Origin: Rhodobacter maris
GTDB taxonomy: Bacteria; Pseudomonadota; Alphaproteobacteria; Rhodobacterales; Rhodobacteraceae
Length of the DNA stretch: 64,000 nt
Assembly (NCBI GenBank): GCA_943369275.1
Contig: CALRMS020000014.1
Location: forward strand, 747 to 64,746
Reading direction: 5' to 3'
How positions within the stretch are numbered: the stretch's first letter is position 1; each line of letters starts with the position of its first letter. The notes under the pieces were generated by a model, which saw only the letters and a program-made list of their open reading frames with translations, did no database searches and was not told the DNA's origin. Position numbers and translations under genes: made by a program. This document shows positions 36,388-47,202 of the stretch, in pieces.

Positions 36388-37398
36388 ATGCGTGTGCTTG
36401 CGATCCTGACCGTACGGAATGAGGGCAGTTTCCTACTGGAATGGCTGGCCCATCATCGTGCCTGCGGCATCACGGATATTCTGGCCTTTTCCAATGATTG
36501 CACCGATGGCACCGACCTGATGCTGGATCGGCTGGCGCAGATGGGTTGGCTGACCCATGTCCGTAATGACGGCCCGCATGACAAGGGGCCGCAATGGCAC
36601 GCGCTCAAGACTGCCGCCAACCATCCTCTGACGCGGACTGCTGACTGGATCCTTGTTCTCGACATCGATGAATTCGTGAACGTCCATGTGGGAAGCCGTA
36701 CCCTCCCCGCGCTGATCGCCGCCCTGCCCGAGGCGGACGCCATCACCCTGACATGGCGCATGTTCGGCAATGCGGGCGAGGTTCACCTCACCGATAAGCC
36801 GGTGACTCAGACCTTCACCCGCGCTGCGCCAGACCCGCTTGACTGGCCCTGGCGCGCCGTGATGTTCAAGACGCTCTACCGCAACGACGGCCGCTTTGGC
36901 CAACCCGGCGTCCACCGCCCCAAAGGCCAGATGACCGACCGCCAGCTCTGGTTCGACAGCGCCGGTCGCCCCCTTCCCGGCGGGCCGCAGCGTATCTTCT
37001 CGCCCCTCGGACAGCCGCAATACACCCTTGCCCAGCTGAACCACTATGCGCTCGGGTCGATGGAGGGCTATCTGGTCAAGGCCGACCGTGGCCGCGCCAA
37101 CCGCGATGCATCGGGGTTCGATCTTGGGTATTGGGTCGACCGCAACCTGTGCGACACCGAGGATCGGTCAATCCATGCGCTCGCCAGCGGGGACCTTCGC
37201 GCCGAACTGATGGCCGATCCTGTTCTTGGCCGCCTGCACAGGGCTGCACATGACTGGCGATGCGCGCGTTTTCTGGAACTGATGCGAGAGGAGGCGTGGC
37301 GCGCGCTGTTCGGCAGGCTGCTGATGACCCCACCCACCCGCCACCTGACAGCCGAACAGGCCCGCCTCATCTGGACCCATGCCCTGCCGGGCTCCTAG
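36388..37398 (+). CDS. glycosyltransferase (GT2-like / GT92-like fold)
   Basis: 336 aa from ATG 36388. MRVLAILTVRNEGSFLLEWLAHH... and a DIDEF (DxD-like) motif. Family assignment is tentative. Confidence 0.6.
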   Translation: MRVLAILTVRNEGSFLLEWLAHHRACGITDILAFSNDCTDGTDLMLDRLAQMGWLTHVRNDGPHDKGPQWHALKTAANHPLTRTADWILVLDIDEFVNVHVGSRTLPALIAALPEADAITLTWRMFGNAGEVHLTDKPVTQTFTRAAPDPLDWPWRAVMFKTLYRNDGRFGQPGVHRPKGQMTDRQLWFDSAGRPLPGGPQRIFSPLGQPQYTLAQLNHYALGSMEGYLVKADRGRANRDASGFDLGYWVDRNLCDTEDRSIHALASGDLRAELMADPVLGRLHRAAHDWRCARFLELMREEAWRALFGRLLMTPPTRHLTAEQARLIWTHALPGS

Positions 37399-37574
37399 AC
37401 CGCAGGATCGCGGCAATCCGGCAATTCCGCCACCGAACGGCTTTCCAAATGCCCCGTTCCGCGCCAGTCATGCCATAAACTTGCCGTTTGCCTTCGCTAG
37501 AACCGGGCGCAAGATATCAAGGCCCGAGTCCGGGACACGCCCGCGACCGATCTGAGCAGAAAAGGCGACCGCCG

Positions 37575-38618
37575 ATGAACGACCGCGCCGATGGCGATCT
37601 GTCAGACATGGACCGCGATGATGACGGCGCAGGCGAAACCGCTGCACCGCAAGCTGTTCTGGACCGTGACCAGTGGTTCGCCCGGATCGACGAGCTTTGT
37701 TCAGAAGAAGGGTATTTCGAACCGCTGGGCCGCAAACATTCGGCCTATTTCCATGATGACGGCCCGATCCTGCTGGTCTCTTTCGAATCGCTCGACCGTA
37801 TCCTTGCACGCAAGGGGCAGATGCCCTTTGGCCATGATGTGGCCGTGGCAAATGGCTGGTCGCATCTGACGGTGATCTGCGATGGCGAGACATGGTTCCG
37901 CGATCCGGCCGTCTGGGGCTATTTCGACCGTCTGGTGGACGAAGCCTTTTTCGAAGATTTCGACCGCGTCCTGTTCTACGGTGCGGGCGCGGCGGGCTAT
38001 GCCGCCTGCGCCTATTGCGTCTGCGCCCCGGGGGCCACCGTATTGGCAATCAGCCCGCGGGCCACGCTTGATCCGGCGATTGCGGGCTGGGATTATCGCG
38101 CCGTCAAGCTGCGCCGTCTCGATTTTTCAAGCCGCTACGGCTACGCCCCCGACATGACCGAGGGCGCGTCGCGTGTCTTTGTGATCTATGATCCACAACT
38201 GCCCGAAAATGCCATGCATGCGGCCCTGTTCCGCGCGGATTGGGTCACGCCGCTGCCTGCGCGCAACTTTGGCGAGACGATCGAATCGGCCATCGAACAG
38301 GCCGGCTTGTTGCCCCAACTTCTGACTGCGGCCTGCGAGGCGCGGCTGGATCCGGTCAGCTTTGCCCGCCTCTGGCGCATGCGCCGCCGTTTTTCACCCT
38401 ATCTGCGCGCGATTCTGCGCAAGGCCGATCTGGCACAGCGACCGCTTCTGGCGCTGATGATCTGCCGGTCGGTCGTGAAACGCATGGGCGGCCCCCGCTA
38501 TCGTCGCCGGATGCTCGAGCTTGAGGCCCGCCTTGGCCTGCCTTCCTCCTCGATTCCAGGGGATGGCAACGGCGAAGTTGACGCCACGGGCAGCAGCACC
38601 GACGAAACCCACCCCTGA
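37575..38618 (+). CDS. hypothetical protein (acidic N-terminus, no recognised motif)
   Basis: 347 aa from ATG 37575. Balanced composition with ordinary Phe/Tyr/Trp/Asp content, unlike antisense artefacts. No motif I can name. Confidence 0.55.
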   Translation: MNDRADGDLSDMDRDDDGAGETAAPQAVLDRDQWFARIDELCSEEGYFEPLGRKHSAYFHDDGPILLVSFESLDRILARKGQMPFGHDVAVANGWSHLTVICDGETWFRDPAVWGYFDRLVDEAFFEDFDRVLFYGAGAAGYAACAYCVCAPGATVLAISPRATLDPAIAGWDYRAVKLRRLDFSSRYGYAPDMTEGASRVFVIYDPQLPENAMHAALFRADWVTPLPARNFGETIESAIEQAGLLPQLLTAACEARLDPVSFARLWRMRRRFSPYLRAILRKADLAQRPLLALMICRSVVKRMGGPRYRRRMLELEARLGLPSSSIPGDGNGEVDATGSSTDETHP

Positions 38619-38698
38619 CGCGGATTCAAGCTTCGGATCAAGACAGGTCTGGCCATTCTTGACTGGAAAGCAAAGGCCAGTTGCGCTAGGCGCAAGAC

Positions 38699-39739
38699 AT
38701 GACCCAGAGCATTACAATCCGTCGTCCCGATGACTGGCACCTGCATCTGCGCGATGGCGCGATGCTGCAGGGCGTGCTGCCCGAAAGCGCGCGCCACTTC
38801 GCCCGCGCGATCATCATGCCCAACCTTGTTCCGCCGGTCGTGACAGGTGATCACGCTGCTGCGTATCGGGACCGTATCCTCGCGGCTTTGCCGGATGGCA
38901 TGACGTTCGAACCCCTGATGACGCTCTACCTGACCGAATCCACCAACCCCGACGATGTGGCGGCCGCCCATGCGTCCGGTTTGGTCAAGGCGGTGAAGCT
39001 CTACCCGGCCGGGGCAACGACAAACTCCCATGGCGGTGTGCGTGACCTGTCCAAGGTCACCGCTGTTCTGGAAAGAATGGCCGAAATCGGCCTGCCTCTT
39101 TGTGTGCATGGCGAGGTGACGACACACGACGTCGACATCTTCGACCGCGAAGCCGTATTCATCGACACGGTGCTTGATCCCCTGCGCCGCCGCATTCCCG
39201 GCCTGCGCGTGGTGATGGAACATATCACTACCGAAGAGGGCGTCGCTTATGCCCGTGCCGGCGACGATACGCTGGGGGCCACGATCACCACGCATCACCT
39301 GATCCTCAACCGCAACCACCTGCTCGTGGGCGGGATCAGACCGCATTACTATTGCCTACCAGTGGCCAAGCGCGAAAAGCACCGCCTTGCCCTCCGCGCC
39401 GCCGCAACAAGCGGCGAAGGGCGGTTCTTTCTGGGCACCGACTCTGCCCCGCATGTCGATGCACTCAAGGAAAATTCATGCGGTTGCGCCGGTTGCTTCA
39501 CCGCCACCAACACGATGCAACTTCTCGCCCATGTGTTCGAGGAAGACGCCGCGCTTGACCGGCTGGAGGCCTTCACCAGCCTGAACGGCCCTCGCTTCTA
39601 TGGCCTGCCTCTGAATGAGGATCGCATCACCCTGACCAAGGGCATCGTGGCACAATGGCCTGACAAGATCCTCACCGAGGCGGGGCCCGTCACCGTCTTT
39701 GACCCCGGCTTCCCCGTCCACTGGCACGTCGAAGCCTGA
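38699..39739 (+). CDS. pyrC: dihydroorotase (class II, homodimeric type)
   Basis: 346 aa. [13 protein letters not shown] metal-binding N-terminus. Followed by pyrE. Confidence 0.9.
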   Translation: MTQSITIRRPDDWHLHLRDGAMLQGVLPESARHFARAIIMPNLVPPVVTGDHAAAYRDRILAALPDGMTFEPLMTLYLTESTNPDDVAAAHASGLVKAVKLYPAGATTNSHGGVRDLSKVTAVLERMAEIGLPLCVHGEVTTHDVDIFDREAVFIDTVLDPLRRRIPGLRVVMEHITTEEGVAYARAGDDTLGATITTHHLILNRNHLLVGGIRPHYYCLPVAKREKHRLALRAAATSGEGRFFLGTDSAPHVDALKENSCGCAGCFTATNTMQLLAHVFEEDAALDRLEAFTSLNGPRFYGLPLNEDRITLTKGIVAQWPDKILTEAGPVTVFDPGFPVHWHVEA

Positions 39740-39742
39740 TCC

Positions 39743-39850
39743 GCAGAAAATTTTCGCCGAAAATTTTCTGCCCCCACCCAAAGCCGAAGAATTTCTAAGT
39801 GAAAATTCTTCGGCCCCGTCCCGAAAATCTTTCAAGGAAAGATTTTCGGG
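39743..39850. repeat. three consecutive long AT-rich hairpins between pyrC and pyrE (array B)
   Basis: 39743-39771 GCAGAAAATTTTCG/CGAAAATTTTCTGC; 39783-39814 GCCGAAGAATTTC/GAAAATTCTTCGGC (13 bp stem); 39820-39850 CCCGAAAATCTTTC-AAG-GAAAGATTTTCGGG (14 bp stem). Confidence 0.85.
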
Positions 39851-39870
39851 CCTGCCGACAGGAGCCGCCC

Positions 39871-40551
39871 ATGATCCCCGCCGCCTTCCCACCGAAAGAG
39901 GAAATCGCCCGCCTCACCGCCCGCGCGCTCTTGGAAATCAAGGCGGTTCACTTCAACGCGGAAACCCCCTTCACGCTGGCCTCCGGACTGCCATCGCCCA
40001 CCTATATCGATTGCCGCAAGCTGATCAGCTATCCGCGCATCCGCTCTACCCTGATGGATTTCCTGACCATCACCGTCATGCGCGATGCCGGGTTCGAGGC
40101 GTTCGACAACATCGCGGGCGGCGAAACTGCGGGCATCCCCTTTGCCGCGCTGGTGGCTGAACGCATGGCCCTGCCCATGACCTATGTCCGCAAGAAACCC
40201 AAAGGCTACGGCCGCAACGCCCGGATCGAAGGCGCGATGTCCGAGGGCCAGCGCGTGTTGCTCGTCGAAGACCTCACCACGGATGGCGGCTCGAAGCTGT
40301 CCTTCGTCGATGCCATCCGCGACACCGGGGCCACCTGCGCCCATACGGCGGTGATCTTCTACTACGGGATTTTCCCGGAAACGGAGCAGCGCCTGGCTGA
40401 TCACGGCATCGCGCTGCATCATCTGTGCACCTGGTGGGACGTGCTGGCCGAGGCGCGCGCGAGCGGCGCCTTTGACGCCGCCACCCTGGCCGAGGTCGAG
40501 GTTTTCCTGAACAACCCCCGCGCCTGGCAAGCCGCCCGCCAGCAGGGATAA
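39871..40551 (+). CDS. pyrE: orotate phosphoribosyltransferase
   Basis: 226 aa from ATG 39871 (AGGAG SD). PRPP-binding loop [13 protein letters not shown]. The track start at 39799 runs through the intergenic hairpins. Confidence 0.88.
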   Translation: MIPAAFPPKEEIARLTARALLEIKAVHFNAETPFTLASGLPSPTYIDCRKLISYPRIRSTLMDFLTITVMRDAGFEAFDNIAGGETAGIPFAALVAERMALPMTYVRKKPKGYGRNARIEGAMSEGQRVLLVEDLTTDGGSKLSFVDAIRDTGATCAHTAVIFYYGIFPETEQRLADHGIALHHLCTWWDVLAEARASGAFDAATLAEVEVFLNNPRAWQAARQQG

Positions 40552-40563
40552 GTTGCAGATTCC

Positions 40564-40584
40564 TGTGGACAGCTTCTGTGGATG
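40564..40584. promoter_or_regulatory. two partial DnaA-box-like motifs upstream of dnaB
   Basis: TGTGGAC (40564-40570) and TGTGGATG (40577-40584), in opposite orientation to the perfect box. Confidence 0.3.
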
Positions 40585-40698
40585 CTTTGTGCAGGACTCA
40601 GCCGCTTCGGGCTTTGCCCCCCTCAAAACTTGGGTCAGCCCGGACAATGGGCGCAGGATATGGTAGGTTGATCGCTCAGAGGCCGAGTCGCCCTTGGG

Positions 40699-40707
40699 TT
40701 ATCCACA
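40699..40707 (+). promoter_or_regulatory. consensus DnaA box upstream of dnaB
   Basis: Exact TTATCCACA, 98 nt upstream of the dnaB ATG. Confidence 0.5.
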
Positions 40708-40804
40708 CAGTTATGCCCGCCTGTTCCTGTGGGCCAAACCGGGGCAATGACGACCCTGGCAGAACATCTAGCAGATCCGACGGCAGAACCGATCAGAGGC
40801 AGAC

Positions 40805-42304
40805 ATGAACGAAATCGCAACGCTCCGCCCCTCTCTTCCCGCGTCCCCGTCGCCCGAGCCGGAATCCCTGCCCCAGAATGTCGAGGCCGAACAGCAGCTT
40901 CTCGGCGCGATCCTGACCAATAATGATGTCTATGACCGCATCGCGGCACTGGTAAAAGCCGACCATTTCTTCGACCCCGTCCATCAGCGCATTTTTGAAA
41001 AAGCCGCTGCCCGTATCCAGAAGAATGCCCTCGCCTCCCCCGTCACCCTCAAACCCTTTTTCGAAGATGACGAAGGGCTCAAGGAGCTTGGCGGCCCCGC
41101 CTATCTTGTCCGCCTCGCGGGCGCGGCCATTTCGTCCTTCGCGGCGCGGGATTATGCGCAGATGATCTATGATCTCGCTGTCCGGCGCGAACTCATCGCG
41201 CTGGGCCGCGACATCGCCGCCCGTGCGGCCAAGGTCGAGGTGACATCCGAACCCCGCGAGCAGATCACGGAAGCCGAACAAAGCCTCTACAAGCTGGGCG
41301 AACAGGGCGTGTCACAACGCGGCTTTGTCTCTTTCCTGCGCGCCACGACCGAGGCGGTCAATTCCGCGAACGCCGCCTATCAGCGCGGCGGCGGCCTTGC
41401 GGGCATCTCCACCGGTCTTGTCGATCTGGATCGCAAACTCGGCGGCCTGCACCCGTCTGACCTTCTGATCCTCGCCGGTCGCCCATCGATGGGGAAAACC
41501 TCGCTTGCCACCAACATTGCCTTCAACATCGCCAAGGCCTACCGCCGGGGTCGCACCCATGACGGCAACGAAGGCGCAATCGAAGGCGGCGTTGTGGGCT
41601 TCTTTTCGCTGGAAATGAGCAGCGAACAGCTTGCCGCCCGTATCCTGTCGGAGGCATCCGAAGTGCCCTCCGAACAGATCCGCCGCGGTGACATGACAGA
41701 GGTTGAATTCCGCAAATTCGTCGAGGCGGCGAAATCGCTGGAATCCTGCCCGCTCTATATCGACGACACCCCCGCCCTGCCCATCAGCCAGGTCGCCGCG
41801 CGCGCGCGCCGCTTGAAACGCACGCATGGGCTGGATGTGCTGATGGTCGACTATCTGCAACTGCTCAAGGGCACCGGTCGCGGCGAATCCAACCGCGTGC
41901 AGGAAGTGTCGGAAATCACCCAAGGGCTGAAGGCCATCGCAAAGGAACTGAACATCCCGGTCGTAGCCCTGTCACAGCTGTCACGGACGGTGGAATCGCG
42001 CGATGACAAACGCCCGCAACTTTCCGACCTGCGTGAATCCGGGTCGATCGAGCAAGACGCCGACGTCGTCATGTTCGTCTATCGTGACGAATACTATCAC
42101 GAACGCCTGAAACCGCAGGAAGACGATCCCCGCTTTACCGAATGGCTCGACAAGATGAACCGCGTCCATGGCAAGGCCGAAGTCATCATCGGCAAACAGC
42201 GCCACGGCCCCATCGGCACGGTGGAACTGAGCTTTGAGGGCCGCTTCACCCGCTTTGGCAATCTCGCCCAGCCTTGGCAGGGCGACGGCCAGGCGCAATA
42301 CTGA
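40805..42304 (+). CDS. dnaB: replicative DNA helicase
   Basis: 499 aa. Starts PQNVEAEQQLLGAIL..., Walker A GRPSMGKTS, RecA-like C-terminal domain. Confidence 0.93.
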   Translation: MNEIATLRPSLPASPSPEPESLPQNVEAEQQLLGAILTNNDVYDRIAALVKADHFFDPVHQRIFEKAAARIQKNALASPVTLKPFFEDDEGLKELGGPAYLVRLAGAAISSFAARDYAQMIYDLAVRRELIALGRDIAARAAKVEVTSEPREQITEAEQSLYKLGEQGVSQRGFVSFLRATTEAVNSANAAYQRGGGLAGISTGLVDLDRKLGGLHPSDLLILAGRPSMGKTSLATNIAFNIAKAYRRGRTHDGNEGAIEGGVVGFFSLEMSSEQLAARILSEASEVPSEQIRRGDMTEVEFRKFVEAAKSLESCPLYIDDTPALPISQVAARARRLKRTHGLDVLMVDYLQLLKGTGRGESNRVQEVSEITQGLKAIAKELNIPVVALSQLSRTVESRDDKRPQLSDLRESGSIEQDADVVMFVYRDEYYHERLKPQEDDPRFTEWLDKMNRVHGKAEVIIGKQRHGPIGTVELSFEGRFTRFGNLAQPWQGDGQAQY

Positions 42305-43105
<801 letters not shown>

Positions 43106-43297
43106 TCCTGCGCAAAAGCCGCCTCAAGTCTTCTTTGCCCAAACATCCTCGGGGGACGTCCCGCAAGGGACGGGGAAAAAAGCCTTGCGCGGGCAGCCCT
43201 GCCCGCGCGCCCTCGGATCACCCTCGCCACCCCGTGATGCCCCCGCCGCCAGAATTCCCGTGACCCCGGCCCCGCCCCTGCCGAAAACCCCCGAACC

Positions 43298-44359
43298 ATG
43301 GCAACCGCATCCCTTTCCCTCGACCTCGACGCCATCGCCGCCAACTGGCAGGCGCTGGATCGCCATTCCGCCCCCGGCGTGCAGACCGCTGCCGTCGTGA
43401 AGGCCGATGCCTATGGCACCGGTATAGCCCGCACCGGCCCGGCCCTCGCGCGGGCAGGCGCACGACGGTTCTTCGTGGCTGTAACCGAGGAAGGCGCTGC
43501 CCTGCGGCAGGTGCTTGGCCCCGGCCCACAGATCGCCATCCTTGGCGGCCACATGGCCGGGGATACCGAGATGATCCATGATCTCGACCTCACCCCGATG
43601 CTCAACTCGCTCCAGCAGGTCACCCGCCATCTAGAGGCGCTGCCGCGCCATCCCTTCGGCATCCAGCTGGATACGGGGATGAACCGCCTCGGCATGGAAC
43701 TGGCCGAATGGCGGGCCGTGGCCCCCATCGTGCTGGCCGCCCGCCCGGAACTGCTGATGTCCCACCTCGCCTGCGCGGATGAGCCGGACCATCCGATGAA
43801 CCCGCTGCAACTGGCCAATTTCCACACCATGACCGATGGGCTGGGCATTCCCCGCTCCTTTGCCGCCACTGGCGGCATCCTCCTCGGCCCGGAATACCAC
43901 TTCGACCTCACGCGCCCCGGCATTGGCCTGTATGGCGGCCAGCCCTTTGCGCAGGCCCATCCCACCATCACCCTGTCGCTCCCAGTCATTCAGACGCGTG
44001 AAGTGGCGGCTGGCGAAACCGTGGGCTATGCCTGCGGCTGGACGGCCACGAAACCAACCCTCGTGGCCACCCTGGCAGCGGGCTATGCCGATGGCCTGCC
44101 CCGCGCCCTTTCGGGCAAGGCCACGCTCTGGGATGGCGACACGCCCGTTCCCCTGCTCGGCCGCGTGTCGATGGACCTGATCACTGCCGACATCACCCAT
44201 CTGCCGCAGGTGCCGCGCAGCCTTGATATCATCGGCCCCCATCAGGGCGTCGACGATCTGGCCACCGTTGCAGGCACCATCGGGTATGAGATTCTCACCT
44301 CGCTCGGCCCGCGTTACACTCGCCGCTACATCGACCGCCGCATCGCGGGGCAGGCATGA
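43298..44359 (+). CDS. alr: alanine racemase
   Basis: 353 aa. PLP-lysine motif [11 protein letters not shown]. Confidence 0.88.
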   Translation: MATASLSLDLDAIAANWQALDRHSAPGVQTAAVVKADAYGTGIARTGPALARAGARRFFVAVTEEGAALRQVLGPGPQIAILGGHMAGDTEMIHDLDLTPMLNSLQQVTRHLEALPRHPFGIQLDTGMNRLGMELAEWRAVAPIVLAARPELLMSHLACADEPDHPMNPLQLANFHTMTDGLGIPRSFAATGGILLGPEYHFDLTRPGIGLYGGQPFAQAHPTITLSLPVIQTREVAAGETVGYACGWTATKPTLVATLAAGYADGLPRALSGKATLWDGDTPVPLLGRVSMDLITADITHLPQVPRSLDIIGPHQGVDDLATVAGTIGYEILTSLGPRYTRRYIDRRIAGQA

Positions 44360-45141
44360 CCGCGCTTACCGCTCCCTTTGCCGCTATCGGGCGGCCCGTG
44401 CTGGCCGCTTTGGCAGCCATCGGTCGTGTCGCACTTTTCGCGGCACAGGTGATCAGCCATCTTTTCCGCCCCCCCTTCTACCCGCGCGAATTCCTGCACG
44501 CGCTGATGCATATCGGCTGGTTCTCCCTGCCCGTCGTCGGCCTCACCGCTGTCTTCACCGGCGGCGCGCTGGCGCTGCAGATCTATTCCGGCGGTGCAAG
44601 GTTCAACGCCGAGGCGGTGGTCCCCTCAATCGTCGCCATCGGCATGGTGCGTGAACTTGGCCCCGTCCTGGGTGGGTTGATGGTGGCGGCTCGTGTCGCC
44701 TCCTCCATCGCGGCCGAAATCGGGACGATGAAGGTCACCGAACAGATCGACGCGCTCGTGACGCTCTCTACCAACCCGATCAAATACCTCGCCGTGCCGC
44801 GCGTTCTGGCCGCCACACTGGCCGTGCCCGTGCTCGTGGGCGTGGGTGATGCCATCGGCATTGCAGGCGGTTGGCTGGTGGGGGTAAACCGGCTGGGCTT
44901 CAACTCCACCGTCTATCTGCAGAACACCTATGATTTTCTTGAGACCTGGGATGTCGTCTCGGGCCTGTGGAAGGGCGCAGCCTTCGGCTTCATCGTGGCG
45001 CTGATGGGCTGCTATCACGGCATGAACTCCGGTCGCGGCGCGCAGGGCGTGGGCGCGGCCACCAAGGCCGCCGTGGTGGGCGCCTCGGTCCTGATCCTGG
45101 CCACCAATTACATCCTCACCGAACTGTTCTTCTCCGCATGA
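44356..45141 (+). CDS. mlaE: MlaE-family ABC transporter permease
   Basis: 261 aa polytopic protein with MlaE-like [26 protein letters not shown] region. ATGA-coupled to alr and to the following ATPase. Confidence 0.83.
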   Translation: MTALTAPFAAIGRPVLAALAAIGRVALFAAQVISHLFRPPFYPREFLHALMHIGWFSLPVVGLTAVFTGGALALQIYSGGARFNAEAVVPSIVAIGMVRELGPVLGGLMVAARVASSIAAEIGTMKVTEQIDALVTLSTNPIKYLAVPRVLAATLAVPVLVGVGDAIGIAGGWLVGVNRLGFNSTVYLQNTYDFLETWDVVSGLWKGAAFGFIVALMGCYHGMNSGRGAQGVGAATKAAVVGASVLILATNYILTELFFSA

Positions 45142-45884
45142 TCACGCTTACCGACGTCACCAAGACCTTCGGCCGAAACCGCGTCCTGCGCGGGGTGAAC
45201 CTGACCATTCCGTCGGGGCAGAGCATGGTCATCATCGGCGGATCGGGCACCGGCAAATCGGTGCTCTTGAAATGCATCCTCGGGCTTGTCCGCCATGATG
45301 GCGGTTCAATCACGCTGGACGGGCAGGATGTGACCAAAGGCGACCGCGACGCCTTCCTCGCCCGCTTCGGCATGCTGTTCCAGGGTGGCGCGCTGTTCGA
45401 CAGCCTGCGCGTCTGGGAAAACGTGGCCTTCCGCCTGATGCGCGGCCCCACCAAACGTCCAAAGCCTGAGGCGCGCGAGATTGCTATCGAAAAACTCCGC
45501 CGGGTGGGCCTTAAGCCCGAAGTCGCAGACCTCTACCCCGCCGAACTGTCGGGCGGGATGCAGAAACGCGTGGGCCTTGCCCGCGCCATCGCAGCTGAAC
45601 CCGAAATCATCTTCTTTGACGAACCCACAACCGGGCTTGACCCGATCATGGCCGGCGTCATCAATGACCTGATCCGCGAAATCGTCACGGAAATGGGGGC
45701 CACCGCCATGACCATCACGCATGACATGTCATCCGTCCGCGCCATCGCCGACCGCGTGGCCATGCTGCATGACGGTGTCATCCAGTGGACCGGCCCCATC
45801 GCCGACCTCGACACCACAGCCGATCCTTACGTGCAGCAATTCATCCACGGGCGGGCCACAGGCCCCATCGCCGCGGTGCGGTGA
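45138..45884 (+). CDS. mlaF: MlaF-family ABC transporter ATP-binding protein
   Basis: 248 aa from ATG 45138. Walker A GGSGTGKS, signature LSGGMQKR, Walker B IIFFDEP. Confidence 0.88.
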   Translation: MITLTDVTKTFGRNRVLRGVNLTIPSGQSMVIIGGSGTGKSVLLKCILGLVRHDGGSITLDGQDVTKGDRDAFLARFGMLFQGGALFDSLRVWENVAFRLMRGPTKRPKPEAREIAIEKLRRVGLKPEVADLYPAELSGGMQKRVGLARAIAAEPEIIFFDEPTTGLDPIMAGVINDLIREIVTEMGATAMTITHDMSSVRAIADRVAMLHDGVIQWTGPIADLDTTADPYVQQFIHGRATGPIAAVR

Positions 45885-46258
45885 TGCAGGCTTGGGCGGA
45901 ACAGGCGCTCGCCCTGCTGTCCGGCTCCGGCCTGATCCGCGCCCTCATCGCCGCGATCCCCGTCACCATCGCCGTCGCGGCCCTCGCTGGTTGGCGGCAG
46001 CGGGTGGAAGGCGCAGGTCAATTGGCGCTGTTCGCCTGCGCCTTCTGTCTCTGGCTCATCCTGCCCTTGCATCCCGCCTATCTGGAACTGCAACAATCCA
46101 GCCTTGTCTTTTCCATCCTGTGCTGGTTCTGGCTGGTCTGGGCCTGGGCGCGGCATGTGCTGGGGGAATGGCCCGCACCGATCTGGGGCCACTGGATCGT
46201 GGGCACCTTCCTGTGGGTGCTGCCCGTCGCCGCGTTGGTGGTGCTTCTGTTGGGCTAA
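45884..46258 (+). CDS. small Trp-rich integral membrane protein (unknown function)
   Basis: 124 aa from ATG 45884, which overlaps the mlaF stop (TGATG). About four hydrophobic helices. No recognised motif. Confidence 0.55.
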   Translation: MQAWAEQALALLSGSGLIRALIAAIPVTIAVAALAGWRQRVEGAGQLALFACAFCLWLILPLHPAYLELQQSSLVFSILCWFWLVWAWARHVLGEWPAPIWGHWIVGTFLWVLPVAALVVLLLG

Positions 46259-46389
46259 CTGTTTCGCTTTAGGAAACAATCCCTGGCTCCCAGACCTCTC
46301 CGTCTCTTTCCCCGACACAAGATCACAAAAACATTTGCCGAATCTCCCCGCCCTGCGCTTGCCTGTTCGCCGTGGTAAAGAGTGTGTGA

Positions 46390-47166
46390 GTGCTGCCAAT
46401 GTCTCCCGTCCTGTCCGGCAACCTGCGCGTTGCCCTGCGCACCCTCCAATCGGTCGCCCATGGTCTGCTCATCCTGCTCGCGCTTGCCCTCATCACGGCC
46501 AGCAGCCTTGCCGCCCTTGGCCATATCCCCTGGCCGGGGCTCACGCTTGCCTTTGGCACCACATCTCTGCCAGATGCCGGCATGTGGGCGCAGCTTGGAC
46601 TGACGGCCTTCACGGCCCTGCTCTGCCTGTTCCTGCCTGCAAACTCCCGCATGGCCCGTCTGGAACGCAGCCATCGCACCTTTGCCATGGGGCTTGAGGA
46701 TGTGGCCCACGCCTATCGCCTCGCCCATGCCGCCGACCGCGCCGGGGTCTTTGCGCTCTCGGGCGAATTCGAAGCCGTCCGCGCCCGACTGAAACACCTG
46801 CGCCAGCATCCCGATCTGGCCCATCTCGAACCCGAACTGCTGCAACTCGCCGCTGAGATGAGCTTTCAGACACGCGATCTGGCCCGCACCTATTCCGATG
46901 CCCGCGTCGCCCGCGCCCGCGATTTCCTGCGCCAGCGGCAGGAAGAGGTGCAGGCGCTCACCGACCGCCTCACCCTCGCGCGCCAGACCACAGATGAACT
47001 TCGCCGCTGGCTGACAGATATCGAGGCCGAGGAACGGCAGGCCGAACAGCAGATCAAACGGCTTGAGGCAGACCTTCGCGAAATCCTGCCGCAACTGGGC
47101 TATGCGTTGGAAGCCGACGATCCGCGTGATGCCACTGTGGTCCAACTGCCCAAACCGGCAAAGTGA
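46390..47166 (+). CDS. membrane protein with C-terminal coiled-coil region (unknown function)
   Basis: 258 aa (GTG 46390 or ATG 46399). Hydrophobic N-terminal third, then a long charged heptad-like helix (RQRQEEVQALTDRLTLARQTTDELRRWLTDIEAEERQAEQQIKRLEADL). Confidence 0.55.
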   Translation: MLPMSPVLSGNLRVALRTLQSVAHGLLILLALALITASSLAALGHIPWPGLTLAFGTTSLPDAGMWAQLGLTAFTALLCLFLPANSRMARLERSHRTFAMGLEDVAHAYRLAHAADRAGVFALSGEFEAVRARLKHLRQHPDLAHLEPELLQLAAEMSFQTRDLARTYSDARVARARDFLRQRQEEVQALTDRLTLARQTTDELRRWLTDIEAEERQAEQQIKRLEADLREILPQLGYALEADDPRDATVVQLPKPAK

Positions 47167-47202
47167 CTTGCACCCGGCCGGGCCTTCCCGCCCAATGCCG
47201 CC

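Noticed and set aside
39799-39870. 5' extensions of many track ORFs (pyrE from 39799, permease from 10642, cysI from 23325, cysH from 24859, fpr from 26200, SDR from 51420, mlaF from 44967, and others)
   Set aside because: The extensions overlap the preceding gene or run through hairpin and repeat DNA, and are Arg/Pro-rich. In each case an internal ATG with an SD or start/stop coupling gives a protein of canonical length beginning with the conserved N-terminus.
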